Shown here: positions 1 to 9,443 of the stretch, one piece after another
Numbering within the stretch: position 1 is the stretch's first letter
Layout of the letters: every line of letters begins with the position of its first letter
Assembly (NCBI GenBank): GCA_963708185.1
Contig: OY970195.1
Coordinates: 1,152,001-1,216,000 of the forward strand
Length of the DNA stretch: 64,000 nucleotides
Source: Candidatus Peregrinibacteria bacterium
GTDB taxonomy: Bacteria; Patescibacteriota; Gracilibacteria; UBA1369
Direction: 5' to 3'
Position numbers and translations under genes: made by a program
The notes under the pieces: generated by a model
Seen by the model: only the letters and a program-made list of their open reading frames with translations
What the model was told of the DNA's origin: nothing
Databases searched by the model: none

Positions 1-931
1 TGGAAGAGATGTCCGAAGCGACGACGGGGATCCCGCATTGCATGGCTTCAAGCGGCGGTAATCCGAACCCTTCGTAAAGCGAAGGAAAAACATAGGCTTC
101 CGCGCCGTTATATAATGGTACGAGATCTTTTTCTTCGACCAGGCCGGTGAAGATGACGTCGTTTTCTAGTTTGAGCGAAAGCGTATTTTCCTCAAGTTCC
201 GGGGCGTACACAGGATCTTTTCTTCCCGTGATGACGAGATAGCCGTCGAACCCGTAGTCGTTCTTGAGAATGTGGAAAGCCTTTAAAAGATTGGGGAGGT
301 TTTTGTGGCTGCGCCAGACGCCGGTATATAAAAGGTACGGTTTGTTGATTTCATATTTCGTTTTGACTGTCTCGATTTTTTTGATGTCTTCCGTTGAACG
401 CGGCGGCTGGAATTTTTCATGAACGCCTTCGTAGATAACCCTGACTTTGTCGTCGGCAGATTCAAAAAGATTTTGGAGGTCTTTCTTGGTGTTCTGAGAA
501 ACGGCGATGATTCTTTTGGCTTTCTTTACTGCCGACCGGATGGTGACCTGGTAGCCGAAACGGTATACCGGCGAGGACATTTTCTTGCCGGGATAAAACG
601 AAAGCGTGAGATCGTGGATGGTGACGACGGAAGGTTTGCTATAAAAAATCGGCGCGTTGAAGTGTGTAAAATGCATGAGGTCGAGGTGCTCTTTGTTGAG
701 TGCGCGGAGAAACCTCGTCTGCTCGGCCAGGGAATAATGCGGCGCGTTGACGAGGATTTTTTTGACGTTGGTTCCCGGCGGCGTGAAGTGCGAGAACTCC
801 GGTTCGTTGAAAAAGAGCACGTAGTCGTTTTTGGGCTCCATGCGGAAAAGGTTTTCCGTGAGTTCGTAAACGTAGCGGCCGATGCCGGTGAAACGGGAGG
901 AGTACATTCTGCAGTCGATGCCGATCTTCAT
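1..931 (-). CDS. Glycosyltransferase family 4 (GT-B) protein; 3' end runs off the window
   Basis: My translation from ATG at 931: MKIGIDCRMYSSRFTGIGRYVYEL...VVTIHDL...KNLPNLLKAF...YVFPSLYEGFGLPPLEAMQCGIPVVASD, with the GT4 E-x7-E motif. Absent from the ORF track because it has no stop inside the window. Confidence 0.93.
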   Translation of the reverse strand, partial: MKIGIDCRMYSSRFTGIGRYVYELTENLFRMEPKNDYVLFFNEPEFSHFTPPGTNVKKILVNAPHYSLAEQTRFLRALNKEHLDLMHFTHFNAPIFYSKPSVVTIHDLTLSFYPGKKMSSPVYRFGYQVTIRSAVKKAKRIIAVSQNTKKDLQNLFESADDKVRVIYEGVHEKFQPPRSTEDIKKIETVKTKYEINKPYLLYTGVWRSHKNLPNLLKAFHILKNDYGFDGYLVITGRKDPVYAPELEENTLSLKLENDVIFTGLVEEKDLVPLYNGAEAYVFPSLYEGFGLPPLEAMQCGIPVVASDISS

Positions 932-941
932 GGGAACGTTA

Positions 942-1070
942 GAGTTTGTGCCGCTTTCGGGCCGCTTGTTCGCCCCTGCGAGGCGACCTGCGCTGATACA
1001 CAAGTGCTCGCTCGTCCTGCGGACTCCATGCCCGCTCGCACTTGTGAATCCCCTCGAGCAGTACAAACTA
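942..1070. repeat. Nested palindromic element (REP/MITE-like or structured leader)
   Basis: Outer imperfect inverted repeat AGTTTGTGCCGCT / AGCAGTACAAACT; inner perfect 9-bp IR CACAAGTGC (999-1007) / GCACTTGTG (1038-1046); small hairpin GTCC-TGC-GGAC. Confidence 0.5.
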
Positions 1071-1279
1071 TAACATAATCATCTGAAGATTGGCTTGCCA
1101 AAAAGCGGGCTCTTCATTATTATTGGCAGGCAATTTTGTGACATTTTCATTTCGGAGCCCGGCAAAAGCGTGACATCGGTTTTGTCAACGGGCAGGCGGG
1201 ACAGGTGTAAAAGGTACAACCGAGGCCATGGGCCGAGGGCGAGCGAGTGGGTTTCCCACGAAGCGAGCGTACCAGGCAA

Positions 1280-1356
1280 GGAGCGGTAGTTCAGCTGGTT
1301 AGAACGCCACACTGTCACTGTGGAGGTCGGGGGTTCGAGTCCCCTCCGTTCCGCCA
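1280..1356 (+). tRNA. tRNA-Asp(GTC)
   Basis: Acceptor GGAGCGG/CCGTTCC followed by GCCA; D arm TAGTTCAGCTGGTTAGAAC; anticodon stem CCACA/TGTGG with loop CTGTCAC; T loop GGTTCGAGTCC; encoded CCA. Confidence 0.97.
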
Positions 1357-1365
1357 TGTCTGTTT

Positions 1366-3144
1366 TCAATCATCAGCTGAAATTTCTTGAAATTCTTCTT
1401 CAACAAGTTCCCTGTCTTGAAAAATTTGCGGGGTTAACATCACCTCAGCGTGGCTTAAATAGTTAATAAACCACTCCGCCTCTTGCCTAAGCTGTCTTAC
1501 GTTTATCTTTGAAATTTTACGCCCATCTTTGCGTTGCAACACATAGTTCGAATGTTTTTCGATCCACCTATTTAGTTTTGAAATATTTAGTCTACCGCAA
1601 CGCCAAACATCCATGATTGTTTTTCTATCGGGCAAGGCCATTTTTGCATCAACGGATTCTGATATGGAACCCAAAAATGTAAACATCAAATTACCCGGAT
1701 CAACATTCCCTAATCCCTCCGGCATCATTTCAATGATTGTTTCAACGGCTTCTTGAAAAAATCTTATAATGGTCGGACAATTTTTATCAATCAGCCTCAT
1801 TGATTTGCAGCTAACAAATTCGGAGAGAAATTTTGTCCTGGTCTTTCCTGTACTCGTATAAACATAACGCTTGTAATCGCCGAATATCGGGCGGCCAGAG
1901 ACTGCAATGATAAATGGCTGGATGACTGCTGTCATCAACCCATTGGTAGCATTTCCGTTTTGTAATGCCCCCGCTGGATTTTCTTTTTCCAAACTTTCCA
2001 GCAATTTATTTTCAGCTTCTTCAAGTAATGCAGAAACCAGGAAAGCCAACATCAATATCATTCTGTTTCTTATCATATCGATATCTTCATCCTTAAGGCT
2101 ATCAACCGGTAAAGACAGTTTTCTAAATAATGCATTCCCCACTTTAACTGACCACGCTGCAACTGAAGGGTCGCGGGGCATCTGGAGCGCATTGACGGCT
2201 TTTGTGGTCACCCCTTTGTCGCGAATATTTTGATCTATTTTCATTCCCTTTTTTTCTTGTTCTTTTACTTTTGCAATAAAAGCTTTTCTTACGCTTTCAA
2301 GCCGACCGTCAAATGCTTCCGGGGATTCCAGCCACGCCATATCAAAGCCGATTTTTTTCATTGATGTCTCAAGATCGTCCCATGCCCCTAACTCTTTCAA
2401 AAAAAGGTATTCCGTCTTCGTGGTTATATTTTCTCTCCGTGCCCGCGTGTTCAAAAGGATAATTGCATCATCGGATAAAGGAAGCATTTTCATGACGGTG
2501 TCATACCCCCGGCACATCGCTCCTAAAAAATCTAAACTTACAACATCAAAAGGTTTCTTTTCTTTCTCAAGAACCTTTTCCAGTCGTCCAATTTGGTATT
2601 GGATCCCCATTCTTTTCGCATTCTCTTCAAATTCGTCTCGGGCCTCCTTGTCGCCGCCTTCAACCCCTAAGATGTTTTGGGAACGGAAACCTAGGTCAAG
2701 ATATGTTTGTATTTCGAGACACTTTTTCCCGGGCAAACAGAGGACTCTCATTTTTCTTCTTTTTTTGGGATCCGTATTTTTATCAACGAATTCATAAATT
2801 TTTCTTCTCCACGCTCTTTTTATTTCGTTATCATAATCAAAATGTTCACCTCCTTCATGAGGATCCTCGTCCGTAGATCCGTACTTACCATCTTCTTCTA
2901 TGTCCTCTTTCATTTCAACGGAAACTTCTTCTTCCTTCAAAGGAACTTGCGTTGCATCCGTTTCCATTAGTCTTTTTGCTCTTATCTTGGTCCATGCGGT
3001 AATCGCCGCTATTGTCTGTATGCTTACGTTAAATGTATCAGCGCACTCTCTGCGGAATTGTCTTTTTTCTTCATCAGTACTTCCAGAAGATACGTAGTCT
3101 CTGATGAATTTCCTATCTTCATTATTGAGAGCGGGTATTGTCAT
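1366..3144 (-). CDS. Hypothetical protein: N-terminal HTH-like segment, class I SAM-methyltransferase-like domain and unknown C-terminal half
   Basis: ORF 596 aa, likely start MTIP at 3144. RVLCLPG...NILGVE...FDVVSLDFLG follows Rossmann MTase strand spacing; RECADTFNVSIQTIAAI is HTH-like. Region is visibly AT-richer than its neighbours. Confidence 0.6.
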   Translation of the reverse strand: MTIPALNNEDRKFIRDYVSSGSTDEEKRQFRRECADTFNVSIQTIAAITAWTKIRAKRLMETDATQVPLKEEEVSVEMKEDIEEDGKYGSTDEDPHEGGEHFDYDNEIKRAWRRKIYEFVDKNTDPKKRRKMRVLCLPGKKCLEIQTYLDLGFRSQNILGVEGGDKEARDEFEENAKRMGIQYQIGRLEKVLEKEKKPFDVVSLDFLGAMCRGYDTVMKMLPLSDDAIILLNTRARRENITTKTEYLFLKELGAWDDLETSMKKIGFDMAWLESPEAFDGRLESVRKAFIAKVKEQEKKGMKIDQNIRDKGVTTKAVNALQMPRDPSVAAWSVKVGNALFRKLSLPVDSLKDEDIDMIRNRMILMLAFLVSALLEEAENKLLESLEKENPAGALQNGNATNGLMTAVIQPFIIAVSGRPIFGDYKRYVYTSTGKTRTKFLSEFVSCKSMRLIDKNCPTIIRFFQEAVETIIEMMPEGLGNVDPGNLMFTFLGSISESVDAKMALPDRKTIMDVWRCGRLNISKLNRWIEKHSNYVLQRKDGRKISKINVRQLRQEAEWFINYLSHAEVMLTPQIFQDRELVEEEFQEISADD

Positions 3145-3261
3145 GAGCGATAACAAAAATTGGTTTCGTGGAATAATATATTTTTACGGCGCTGTCAAAT
3201 TACGCCCCGGCTTCTTCCTTCTTAGAGTGAGTGATATATTCTTGGTGATTTTGCTATTGCT

Positions 3262-3972
3262 ATGTTCCTTCCCGTCCAAACCGCACTGCGAAAAATCGGC
3301 AACCCCGAAAAGGCGAAGTTTTTAAAGCGATTTTTCAAAACCGGAAAAGGGCAGTACGCCGAAGGTGACCGCATGCTGGGGATTACCGTTCCGGAACAGC
3401 GCAAAGTCGCCAAAAAGTTTTCCTCCATGGACTTGGACGACGTGCTTACGCTCCTGCATAGCGGGTACCACGAGGAGCGGCTGACTGCGCTTCTTATCCT
3501 GGTTCATCAGTTCGAACATGGCGATGTTCAAACAAGGAAAAAAATTTTCTACGCTTATCTGAAGAACACGACGTACGTGAATAACTGGGACCTTGTGGAC
3601 CTTTCGGCGCCGAGAATCGTTGGGGCTTTTTTGAGCGGCAAGAAGGGAACGGGGAACAGACAACTTCTAAAAAAACTGGCCCTTTCGAAACATTTATGGG
3701 AGCGGCGCATCGCGATCGTGGCGACGTTGTTTTTTATTGTCCGCGACGGCGAGTTCGATGATACGCTGAACATCTGCGAGATGCTTTTGAAGGACCGCCA
3801 TGACCTCATCCATAAGGCCTGCGGATGGATGCTGCGGGAGGTTGGCAAACGCGACGAAAAGGTTCTGGAAAAATTTCTAGATACGTATCTGGCGGCGATG
3901 CCGCGCACGATGTTGAGGTATTCGATCGAACGGATGGATCGTGCAAAAAAAGACTTCTATATGGGGCGATAA
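3262..3972 (+). CDS. DNA alkylation repair protein (AlkD-like HEAT-repeat glycosylase)
   Basis: FFKTGKGQYAEGD, GITVP, NNWDLVD, WERR, DLIHKACGWMLRE and MPRTMLRY motifs. Confidence 0.92.
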   Translation: MFLPVQTALRKIGNPEKAKFLKRFFKTGKGQYAEGDRMLGITVPEQRKVAKKFSSMDLDDVLTLLHSGYHEERLTALLILVHQFEHGDVQTRKKIFYAYLKNTTYVNNWDLVDLSAPRIVGAFLSGKKGTGNRQLLKKLALSKHLWERRIAIVATLFFIVRDGEFDDTLNICEMLLKDRHDLIHKACGWMLREVGKRDEKVLEKFLDTYLAAMPRTMLRYSIERMDRAKKDFYMGR

Positions 3973-4078
3973 GGAGAAGCCGGCGGTGAAAATCGCGTGG
4001 AATTTATCGGCCTCTTCCGGGCTTTTTTTTGACAAATCGTTTGTAGTTGGGTTTAATTGCTTCTTACTTTCTCTCTTT

Positions 4079-5041
4079 ATGGAAAAGCATTACCCCGTTC
4101 CCGAAGAGTACATCCAGTCGGTCCGTCAGGCCGAAGACCTGTTCGCATTGATGGACGGACCGAGGTTCAAGGGCTACCTCACGATAACCGCGAGACCGGC
4201 CGGAAGCAGGGCCATTATCTCGGAGGATACTTACTGCATGGACCGGGACGCGTATTCGCAGCAGAAACTTTTTGATCTTTTTTGCGTCGTGCTCGCGAAA
4301 GCAAAAAATCTTTTCGGCGAGAAAAATTTTATTATCGAAATCCAAAACAAGAAAGGAGATTCTCTGGAACAAGTGAGGGTGAATGTTTCCAAAAAAGTTG
4401 AATCCGTGATCAGGCTCATTGCTCAGGCTCCCGTCGAAACTCCAGTTCGCGAACAAAAACCTCTGCCGCCGTCTGTCACGGAACCTTCTCCGGCGGAAGA
4501 GGAAATACCCGCGACGGAGAAATCACCCGTTTCGGCGCAACAAGAAAAACCCGCGGAACCGCGACCTGCTGTTATCCCTGAACCCGCAGCCGATCCTGGG
4601 CTGAAAACTCAACCAAAACCTGAACGTCCCATGGAATACAGAGCTCCGCAGCAACCCGAAAAGCCGGCAATTTCTTATCGCACGTGGGGCGATAGACCGG
4701 CGAAACCAAAAAAAATGAACGGCGTGGATGTCAGGGCGTGTCCGAATCCCGATGCACTTATCGACTATGATTCGATGAAATACTTTCCTACTGAACGTGC
4801 TCCCAGCAACCTCAGGAAAGTTTTTCTTGTCTGCGGAATCCGGACCAACCGCGATATCCTTGAGGCACTCGGGACGACTGAACCGACCAGGCTGGAATGG
4901 GACGGGTTTATTAAAAGACTCCGATGGAAGGCCTCAAGAGAAAACGCAAAATTATGGGACAGCTCCGACGGCACGCTCTACTGGTGGCTTACGAAAAAGA
5001 TGCAATGGATCAAACCTTTTCCTCCCAATAACGCGAAATAG
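4079..5041 (+). CDS. Orphan protein with Pro/Glu-rich linker and possible alphaCTD/HhH-like C-terminal domain
   Basis: Likely start MEKHY at 4079, downstream of TTGACA (4029) and a U-rich leader. C-terminal SNLRKVFLVCGIRTNRDIL resembles the L-x3-GI-x-T-x2-D-L pattern. Confidence 0.7.
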   Translation: MEKHYPVPEEYIQSVRQAEDLFALMDGPRFKGYLTITARPAGSRAIISEDTYCMDRDAYSQQKLFDLFCVVLAKAKNLFGEKNFIIEIQNKKGDSLEQVRVNVSKKVESVIRLIAQAPVETPVREQKPLPPSVTEPSPAEEEIPATEKSPVSAQQEKPAEPRPAVIPEPAADPGLKTQPKPERPMEYRAPQQPEKPAISYRTWGDRPAKPKKMNGVDVRACPNPDALIDYDSMKYFPTERAPSNLRKVFLVCGIRTNRDILEALGTTEPTRLEWDGFIKRLRWKASRENAKLWDSSDGTLYWWLTKKMQWIKPFPPNNAK

Positions 5042-5110
5042 TTTCGGACTTGCCCGGAAACTCCTTGTGCTATAATGGCGACTACGCGCGCCATTTTTTT
5101 ATTTTCACCT

Positions 5111-5668
5111 ATGACAAAAAATGAAAAATCTCCGGGCAAACTTGAAACTGCGGTTTTGGGAGGCGGTTGTTTCTGGTGCCTGGAAGCCGCTTTTTCACGG
5201 ACGAAAGGGGTCCACGACGTCATCTCCGGCTATGCCGGGGGGACGGCGCCCGATCCAAGTTATGAAGAGGTTTGCAGCGGGAACACCGGGCACGCGGAGG
5301 TCGTGGAGATTCATTATGATCCTTCCGCGATCAGCTACGACGACATCCTTCACATTTTCTTCACACTCCATGATCCGACCACGCTGAACCGTCAGGGACA
5401 TGATGTGGGCACTCAATACCGTTCGGTCATTTTTTACCTCAACAAAGAGCAGGAAAAGACTGCGCACAACATCATCAAAGAACTAGAGGACGAAAAAATT
5501 TACAACGATCCTTTCGTCACGCAGGTTCTTCCCCTGGAAAAATTCTACACCGCCGAAGAGTACCACCAGCATTATTTCGACAAGAATCCCGACCAGGCAT
5601 ACTGCCAGATCGTCATCCAGCCGAAGATTCTCAAGTTCCGCCAGAAGTACAAACAGTTCATCAAATAG
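5111..5668 (+). CDS. msrA: Peptide methionine sulfoxide reductase A
   Basis: GGGCFWC, YEEVC, HDPT, GTQYRS and AEEYHQ motifs; extended -10 TGCTATAAT at 5068-5076. Confidence 0.97.
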   Translation: MTKNEKSPGKLETAVLGGGCFWCLEAAFSRTKGVHDVISGYAGGTAPDPSYEEVCSGNTGHAEVVEIHYDPSAISYDDILHIFFTLHDPTTLNRQGHDVGTQYRSVIFYLNKEQEKTAHNIIKELEDEKIYNDPFVTQVLPLEKFYTAEEYHQHYFDKNPDQAYCQIVIQPKILKFRQKYKQFIK

Positions 5669-5759
5669 TTCGATTGGGCGGCCGCACCTGGATTGAAATA
5701 AAAAGCGTAAACCGATTGTAGTAGTTTGTGTTTGAAGGATTTCGTCTCAACACTTATCC

Positions 5760-6311
5760 ATGAATGACCAAGAGCTCATTCGCCTCTATCTCAACGGCGA
5801 TGAAGGCGCTTTTCAGCAGCTTGTCCAGCGTTACCTGCACCCGATTTACAACTTCGTCCATCAGTCGGTCCGCGACGACCAGCAAGCCGAAGACATCGCG
5901 CAGGAGGTTTTCATCAGGGCCTGGGCGCACATGAAAAAATTCGACATCACGAAAAGCTTCAAGGTATGGATCTACACCATCGCCAAAAATCTGGTGTTTG
6001 ACTTCCTGAGGAAAAAGAAAAGCATACCTTTTTCATTTCTCGAAAAAGAGGACCGGGTTTTCGATATCGTCGACACCGATCCTTTACCCGACACATTGCT
6101 CCGTCAGGCCGACGTTTCAAAAAAGGTCAACGCCGCGCTGGGAAAAATCCCCGTCGCTTCCCGGGAAGTTCTTATTTTATACTACCGGGACGGATTCAAC
6201 TTCCGTGAAATAGCGGAGATCTTCAAAACCTCTGTGAATACGATAAAAAGCCGCCATTTGAGAGCGCTCGCCATGCTCAAAAAACACTTCAAGAAAAAAA
6301 GTGGCTTCTGA
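5760..6311 (+). CDS. ECF RNA polymerase sigma factor (no. 1)
   Basis: Region 2 AEDIAQEVFIRAW...FKVWIYTIAKN...DFLRK; region 4 REIAEIFKTSVNTIKSR. Confidence 0.93.
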   Translation: MNDQELIRLYLNGDEGAFQQLVQRYLHPIYNFVHQSVRDDQQAEDIAQEVFIRAWAHMKKFDITKSFKVWIYTIAKNLVFDFLRKKKSIPFSFLEKEDRVFDIVDTDPLPDTLLRQADVSKKVNAALGKIPVASREVLILYYRDGFNFREIAEIFKTSVNTIKSRHLRALAMLKKHFKKKSGF

Positions 6312-6334
6312 ATTTGGCTTTTTTCCTTCCAACA

Positions 6335-6361
6335 TGCACCTAAACTGCAATGGGTTACGTA
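6335..6361 (+). promoter_or_regulatory. Putative ECF-type promoter between sigma gene and downstream operon
   Basis: TGCACC-N17-CGTA resembles the SigW-type TGAAAC-N16-CGTA; lies 28 nt before the next ATG. Confidence 0.4.
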
Positions 6362-6388
6362 TGTAGTGGTGCAAGTTTTTTTTGAATT

Positions 6389-6799
6389 ATGGATTTTAAC
6401 GCTCACAAACTTTTTTCCAAACTTCAAACCAGAAAGGTTCCCGAGGGCCTTCTGGAGAAGATCATGATGAAGGTTTCCCTGAAACAGCGCAGGCGCGCTA
6501 TCTGGGAATTCGTTTGTTCGAGCCTGGTTTTCGTCGCGACGCTCGGACTTCTTGTCCCGGCGGTCAGCGCGGCGCATAACGCGATGGTTTCGTCGGGATT
6601 CTACCAGTACATCGCCCTGATTTTTTCGAACTTTTCCGAGGTCATGAGTTCATGGCAGGATTTTATGTTTTCGCTTCTGGAATCCCTTCCCGTTTTCAGC
6701 ATCATCGTTTTTTTGGCTATCCTGTTTTTCCTGCTGGCGTCGCTGCGCTACATCAGCCGTGACGCGAAAATTCTTTTTCATCGTCATCATTCTTTTTAA
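6389..6799 (+). CDS. Membrane protein, probable anti-sigma factor
   Basis: Directly follows the ECF gene; short N-terminal helix (VPEGLLEKIM) then 2-3 hydrophobic segments. Confidence 0.65.
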   Translation: MDFNAHKLFSKLQTRKVPEGLLEKIMMKVSLKQRRRAIWEFVCSSLVFVATLGLLVPAVSAAHNAMVSSGFYQYIALIFSNFSEVMSSWQDFMFSLLESLPVFSIIVFLAILFFLLASLRYISRDAKILFHRHHSF

Positions 6800-6808
6800 A
6801 CTTTCTCC

Positions 6809-7345
6809 ATGGAAGAACATTCCCCAAAAAACACTTCTTTTTTCCAATCAAAAACCTTCAAGGGCATTCTTTACGGCATCGGCGGAGTTATCGTCCTGTT
6901 GCTGGTTTTTGAGAGCGGAATTTACGTCGGTTACCAGAAAGCCGTTTTTTCGACCCGTTGGGCGCAGAACTATCCGTCAAATTTTTTCCCGAAGCCTGAT
7001 CCGCGTTTCCCGCCCCAGGGCAATGACATGGTTTTCATCAGCCCTCACGGCGCGTTCGGAGACATCATCAAGATCGATAACCAGAGTCTTGTCGTCAAAG
7101 GCAACGACGAAGCCGAGAAAAATATTCTCGTCCAGCCGGACACGGTGATCGAAAAAGACTTCGACAAGATCAACGTCATGGCGCTCAAAGTCGGAGATCA
7201 TGTCATCGTTTTTGGTGCGCCGAACGATTCCGGTCAGATCGCCGCGAAAGTCATACGGGTTCTTCCCCAGTTCATGGAAACTTTTCGCGCGGGATCGCCG
7301 AGTCAGCAGATTTTCACGCAACAATTTACTTTTACTCAACAGTAA
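6809..7345 (+). CDS. Membrane-anchored DUF5666-like beta-barrel protein
   Basis: Single TM followed by GDIIKIDNQSLVV...LKVGDHVIVFG...GQIAAKVIRV. Confidence 0.65.
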   Translation: MEEHSPKNTSFFQSKTFKGILYGIGGVIVLLLVFESGIYVGYQKAVFSTRWAQNYPSNFFPKPDPRFPPQGNDMVFISPHGAFGDIIKIDNQSLVVKGNDEAEKNILVQPDTVIEKDFDKINVMALKVGDHVIVFGAPNDSGQIAAKVIRVLPQFMETFRAGSPSQQIFTQQFTFTQQ

Positions 7346-7372
7346 TTTATTTCCACCTTTCTTCCCGACCTT

Positions 7373-9421
7373 ATGAACGACGCTCACGCCCACGGTTTCA
7401 AGCAGAAATTTCTTAACTTTATTCAGGACCATAAAATCATTTCCATCCTCATCGCCCTGGTTGTCCTGGGAGCTTTGTATGAAACTGTGAACGCCTTCAA
7501 GTCGAGTACCGTGCTGCATCAGTACATCGTTTCGCAGGCACAGAAGGGAACGCTCATCGCATCGGTTTCGGGGAGCGGGCAGGTCCTTGCCGAAAGTCAG
7601 ATCGATATCAAACCGAAAACTTCAGGCGCGGTGACGTCGATCAAAGTGAAGGAAGGCGATACCGTAAAAGAGGGTGATACTGTGATGCTCCTTGATTCGA
7701 CGACCGCCGATAAAAGCGTGCGCGACGCCCAGTTGAATCTGCAGTCAGCGCAGATCGCTTTGCAAAAACTCGAACAGCCGGCCGACCAGCTTTCACTGAT
7801 TCAAGCACAAAATAGCTATGCCCAGGCACAACGGGATCTTCAGGCATTGACCGATCCACCCGATCCTTACGCCGTGACCCAGGCGCAGAACGCCGTGGAC
7901 CAGGCGAAACGGAGCCTTGAACAGGCCCAGATCGACAGCACCCAGCAGACGCTCAACGACAGCCAGAGTCTTCAGAGCACTTTGGACAGCGCATACAACA
8001 GCGTTTCAAACGCTTTCGTCGATGCCCCGAATTATATCACGGACCTTCAGAACGTTCAAGTCAGAGACACCGCTCCCACGGACAACATCTACGGGTACAA
8101 ACTGATTCTGGGTGATAACTCTCCGTTCATCACGACGTTTCTCGACGACTATAGCGCCGCTTTCAAACTGTATAATTCAACTTTTGATTCTTACAAATCG
8201 GTCCCCAGGACCGCCGACCAGGCCACACTCATCCAGCTCATCAACGACAGCGTGACGATGGAAAAAGAGATTTCCATCGATCTTGAGGACGCGCGAAACA
8301 TGCTCGAAGCCGCCATGGCCAACTCCTACAAGTCTTTTTATATCGCTTCGACGATTGACTCACTTAAACCCAAAATCGATTCGGACATCACTTCTTTGAA
8401 CAAGGACCTCGACGCCCTCCAGTCGGCGAAAGACCAGATCGACAACCTCACGACGAACAGCCCGATCAACGCTCAGAAATCCCAAGACAGCATATCTTCG
8501 GCCCAGGAAACGCTCAAAGAAAAACAGGAATATCTCGACAATCTTCTTGCAGGTGCCAAACCCGCGGACATCGCCGCCGCAAAGGAAAAAGTCAACCAGA
8601 CCAAGGCCGCCCTGGACAGCGTTAAATCGGGCGCGGATCCGCTGGACATCCAAAACGAACAGCTCACGATCCAGCAGAGAAAAAATGCGCTCGCGGACGC
8701 ACAGGCGGCGCTCGCGGATTACGTGGTTAAGGCTCCTTTCGACGGAGTCATCGCCACCGTCGATGCCGTGAAAGGCGATACTGTTTCTTCCGGAAGCGCG
8801 GTGGGAACGCTTATCACCAAGCAGCTGCTGGTCCAGGTTTCGCTGAATGAAGTCGACGCCGCCAAGGTGGTGGTCGGGGACAAGGCCACGCTTACGTTTG
8901 ACGCCGTTCCCGACGTGAAGATCACCGGTGAAGTCGTCCAGCTCGACATCATCGGGACATCGACCCAGGGCGTCGTAAGCTACAACGCAAAAATCGCTTT
9001 CGACACGCAAGATGCAACCATCAAACCGGGCATGAGCGTCAGCGCCGACATCATCACCAATGTCGACCAGGATGTCCTGGTCATTCCGAACGCAGCGCTC
9101 AAGTCCCAGGGCGACGTTTCCTATGTGGAGACGTTCGATAAATCACAGGTCACTCCCGATGCCAACGACAGCACGAGCGGCACCGTCGTCACCACCTCGT
9201 CTCCGCAAAGAGCTTTCGTGGAAGTAGGGCTGACGAACGATACGCAGAGTGAAATTACCGGCGGCCTGAACGAAGGCGATTACATCGTGACGCAAACCCT
9301 CAGTGACGGCTCCACGGCAACGACGACCTCAACTGCTTCCGCCGGAGGACTCCGCATTCCCGGAATCGGAGGGGGAGGAGCAGGAGGTGGAAACGCCACA
9401 TTTGTCCGAAGAGGAGGATGA
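7373..9421 (+). CDS. MacA/HlyD-family adaptor subunit with long coiled coil
   Basis: N-terminal TM, VSGSGQV, biotinyl-lipoyl motif VKEGDTVKEG, KAPFDGVI, VSLNEVD, IKPGMS, VEVGLTND. Confidence 0.9.
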   Translation: MNDAHAHGFKQKFLNFIQDHKIISILIALVVLGALYETVNAFKSSTVLHQYIVSQAQKGTLIASVSGSGQVLAESQIDIKPKTSGAVTSIKVKEGDTVKEGDTVMLLDSTTADKSVRDAQLNLQSAQIALQKLEQPADQLSLIQAQNSYAQAQRDLQALTDPPDPYAVTQAQNAVDQAKRSLEQAQIDSTQQTLNDSQSLQSTLDSAYNSVSNAFVDAPNYITDLQNVQVRDTAPTDNIYGYKLILGDNSPFITTFLDDYSAAFKLYNSTFDSYKSVPRTADQATLIQLINDSVTMEKEISIDLEDARNMLEAAMANSYKSFYIASTIDSLKPKIDSDITSLNKDLDALQSAKDQIDNLTTNSPINAQKSQDSISSAQETLKEKQEYLDNLLAGAKPADIAAAKEKVNQTKAALDSVKSGADPLDIQNEQLTIQQRKNALADAQAALADYVVKAPFDGVIATVDAVKGDTVSSGSAVGTLITKQLLVQVSLNEVDAAKVVVGDKATLTFDAVPDVKITGEVVQLDIIGTSTQGVVSYNAKIAFDTQDATIKPGMSVSADIITNVDQDVLVIPNAALKSQGDVSYVETFDKSQVTPDANDSTSGTVVTTSSPQRAFVEVGLTNDTQSEITGGLNEGDYIVTQTLSDGSTATTTSTASAGGLRIPGIGGGGAGGGNATFVRRGG

Positions 9422-9443
9422 TATTCATGAACACTCTCTTTCA

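Noticed and set aside
419-1078. 219 aa plus-strand ORF
   Set aside because: Antisense shadow of the GT4 gene on the minus strand.
1079-1369. 96 aa minus ORF over tRNA-Asp and 152 aa minus ORF over tmRNA
   Set aside because: Spurious translations of RNA genes.
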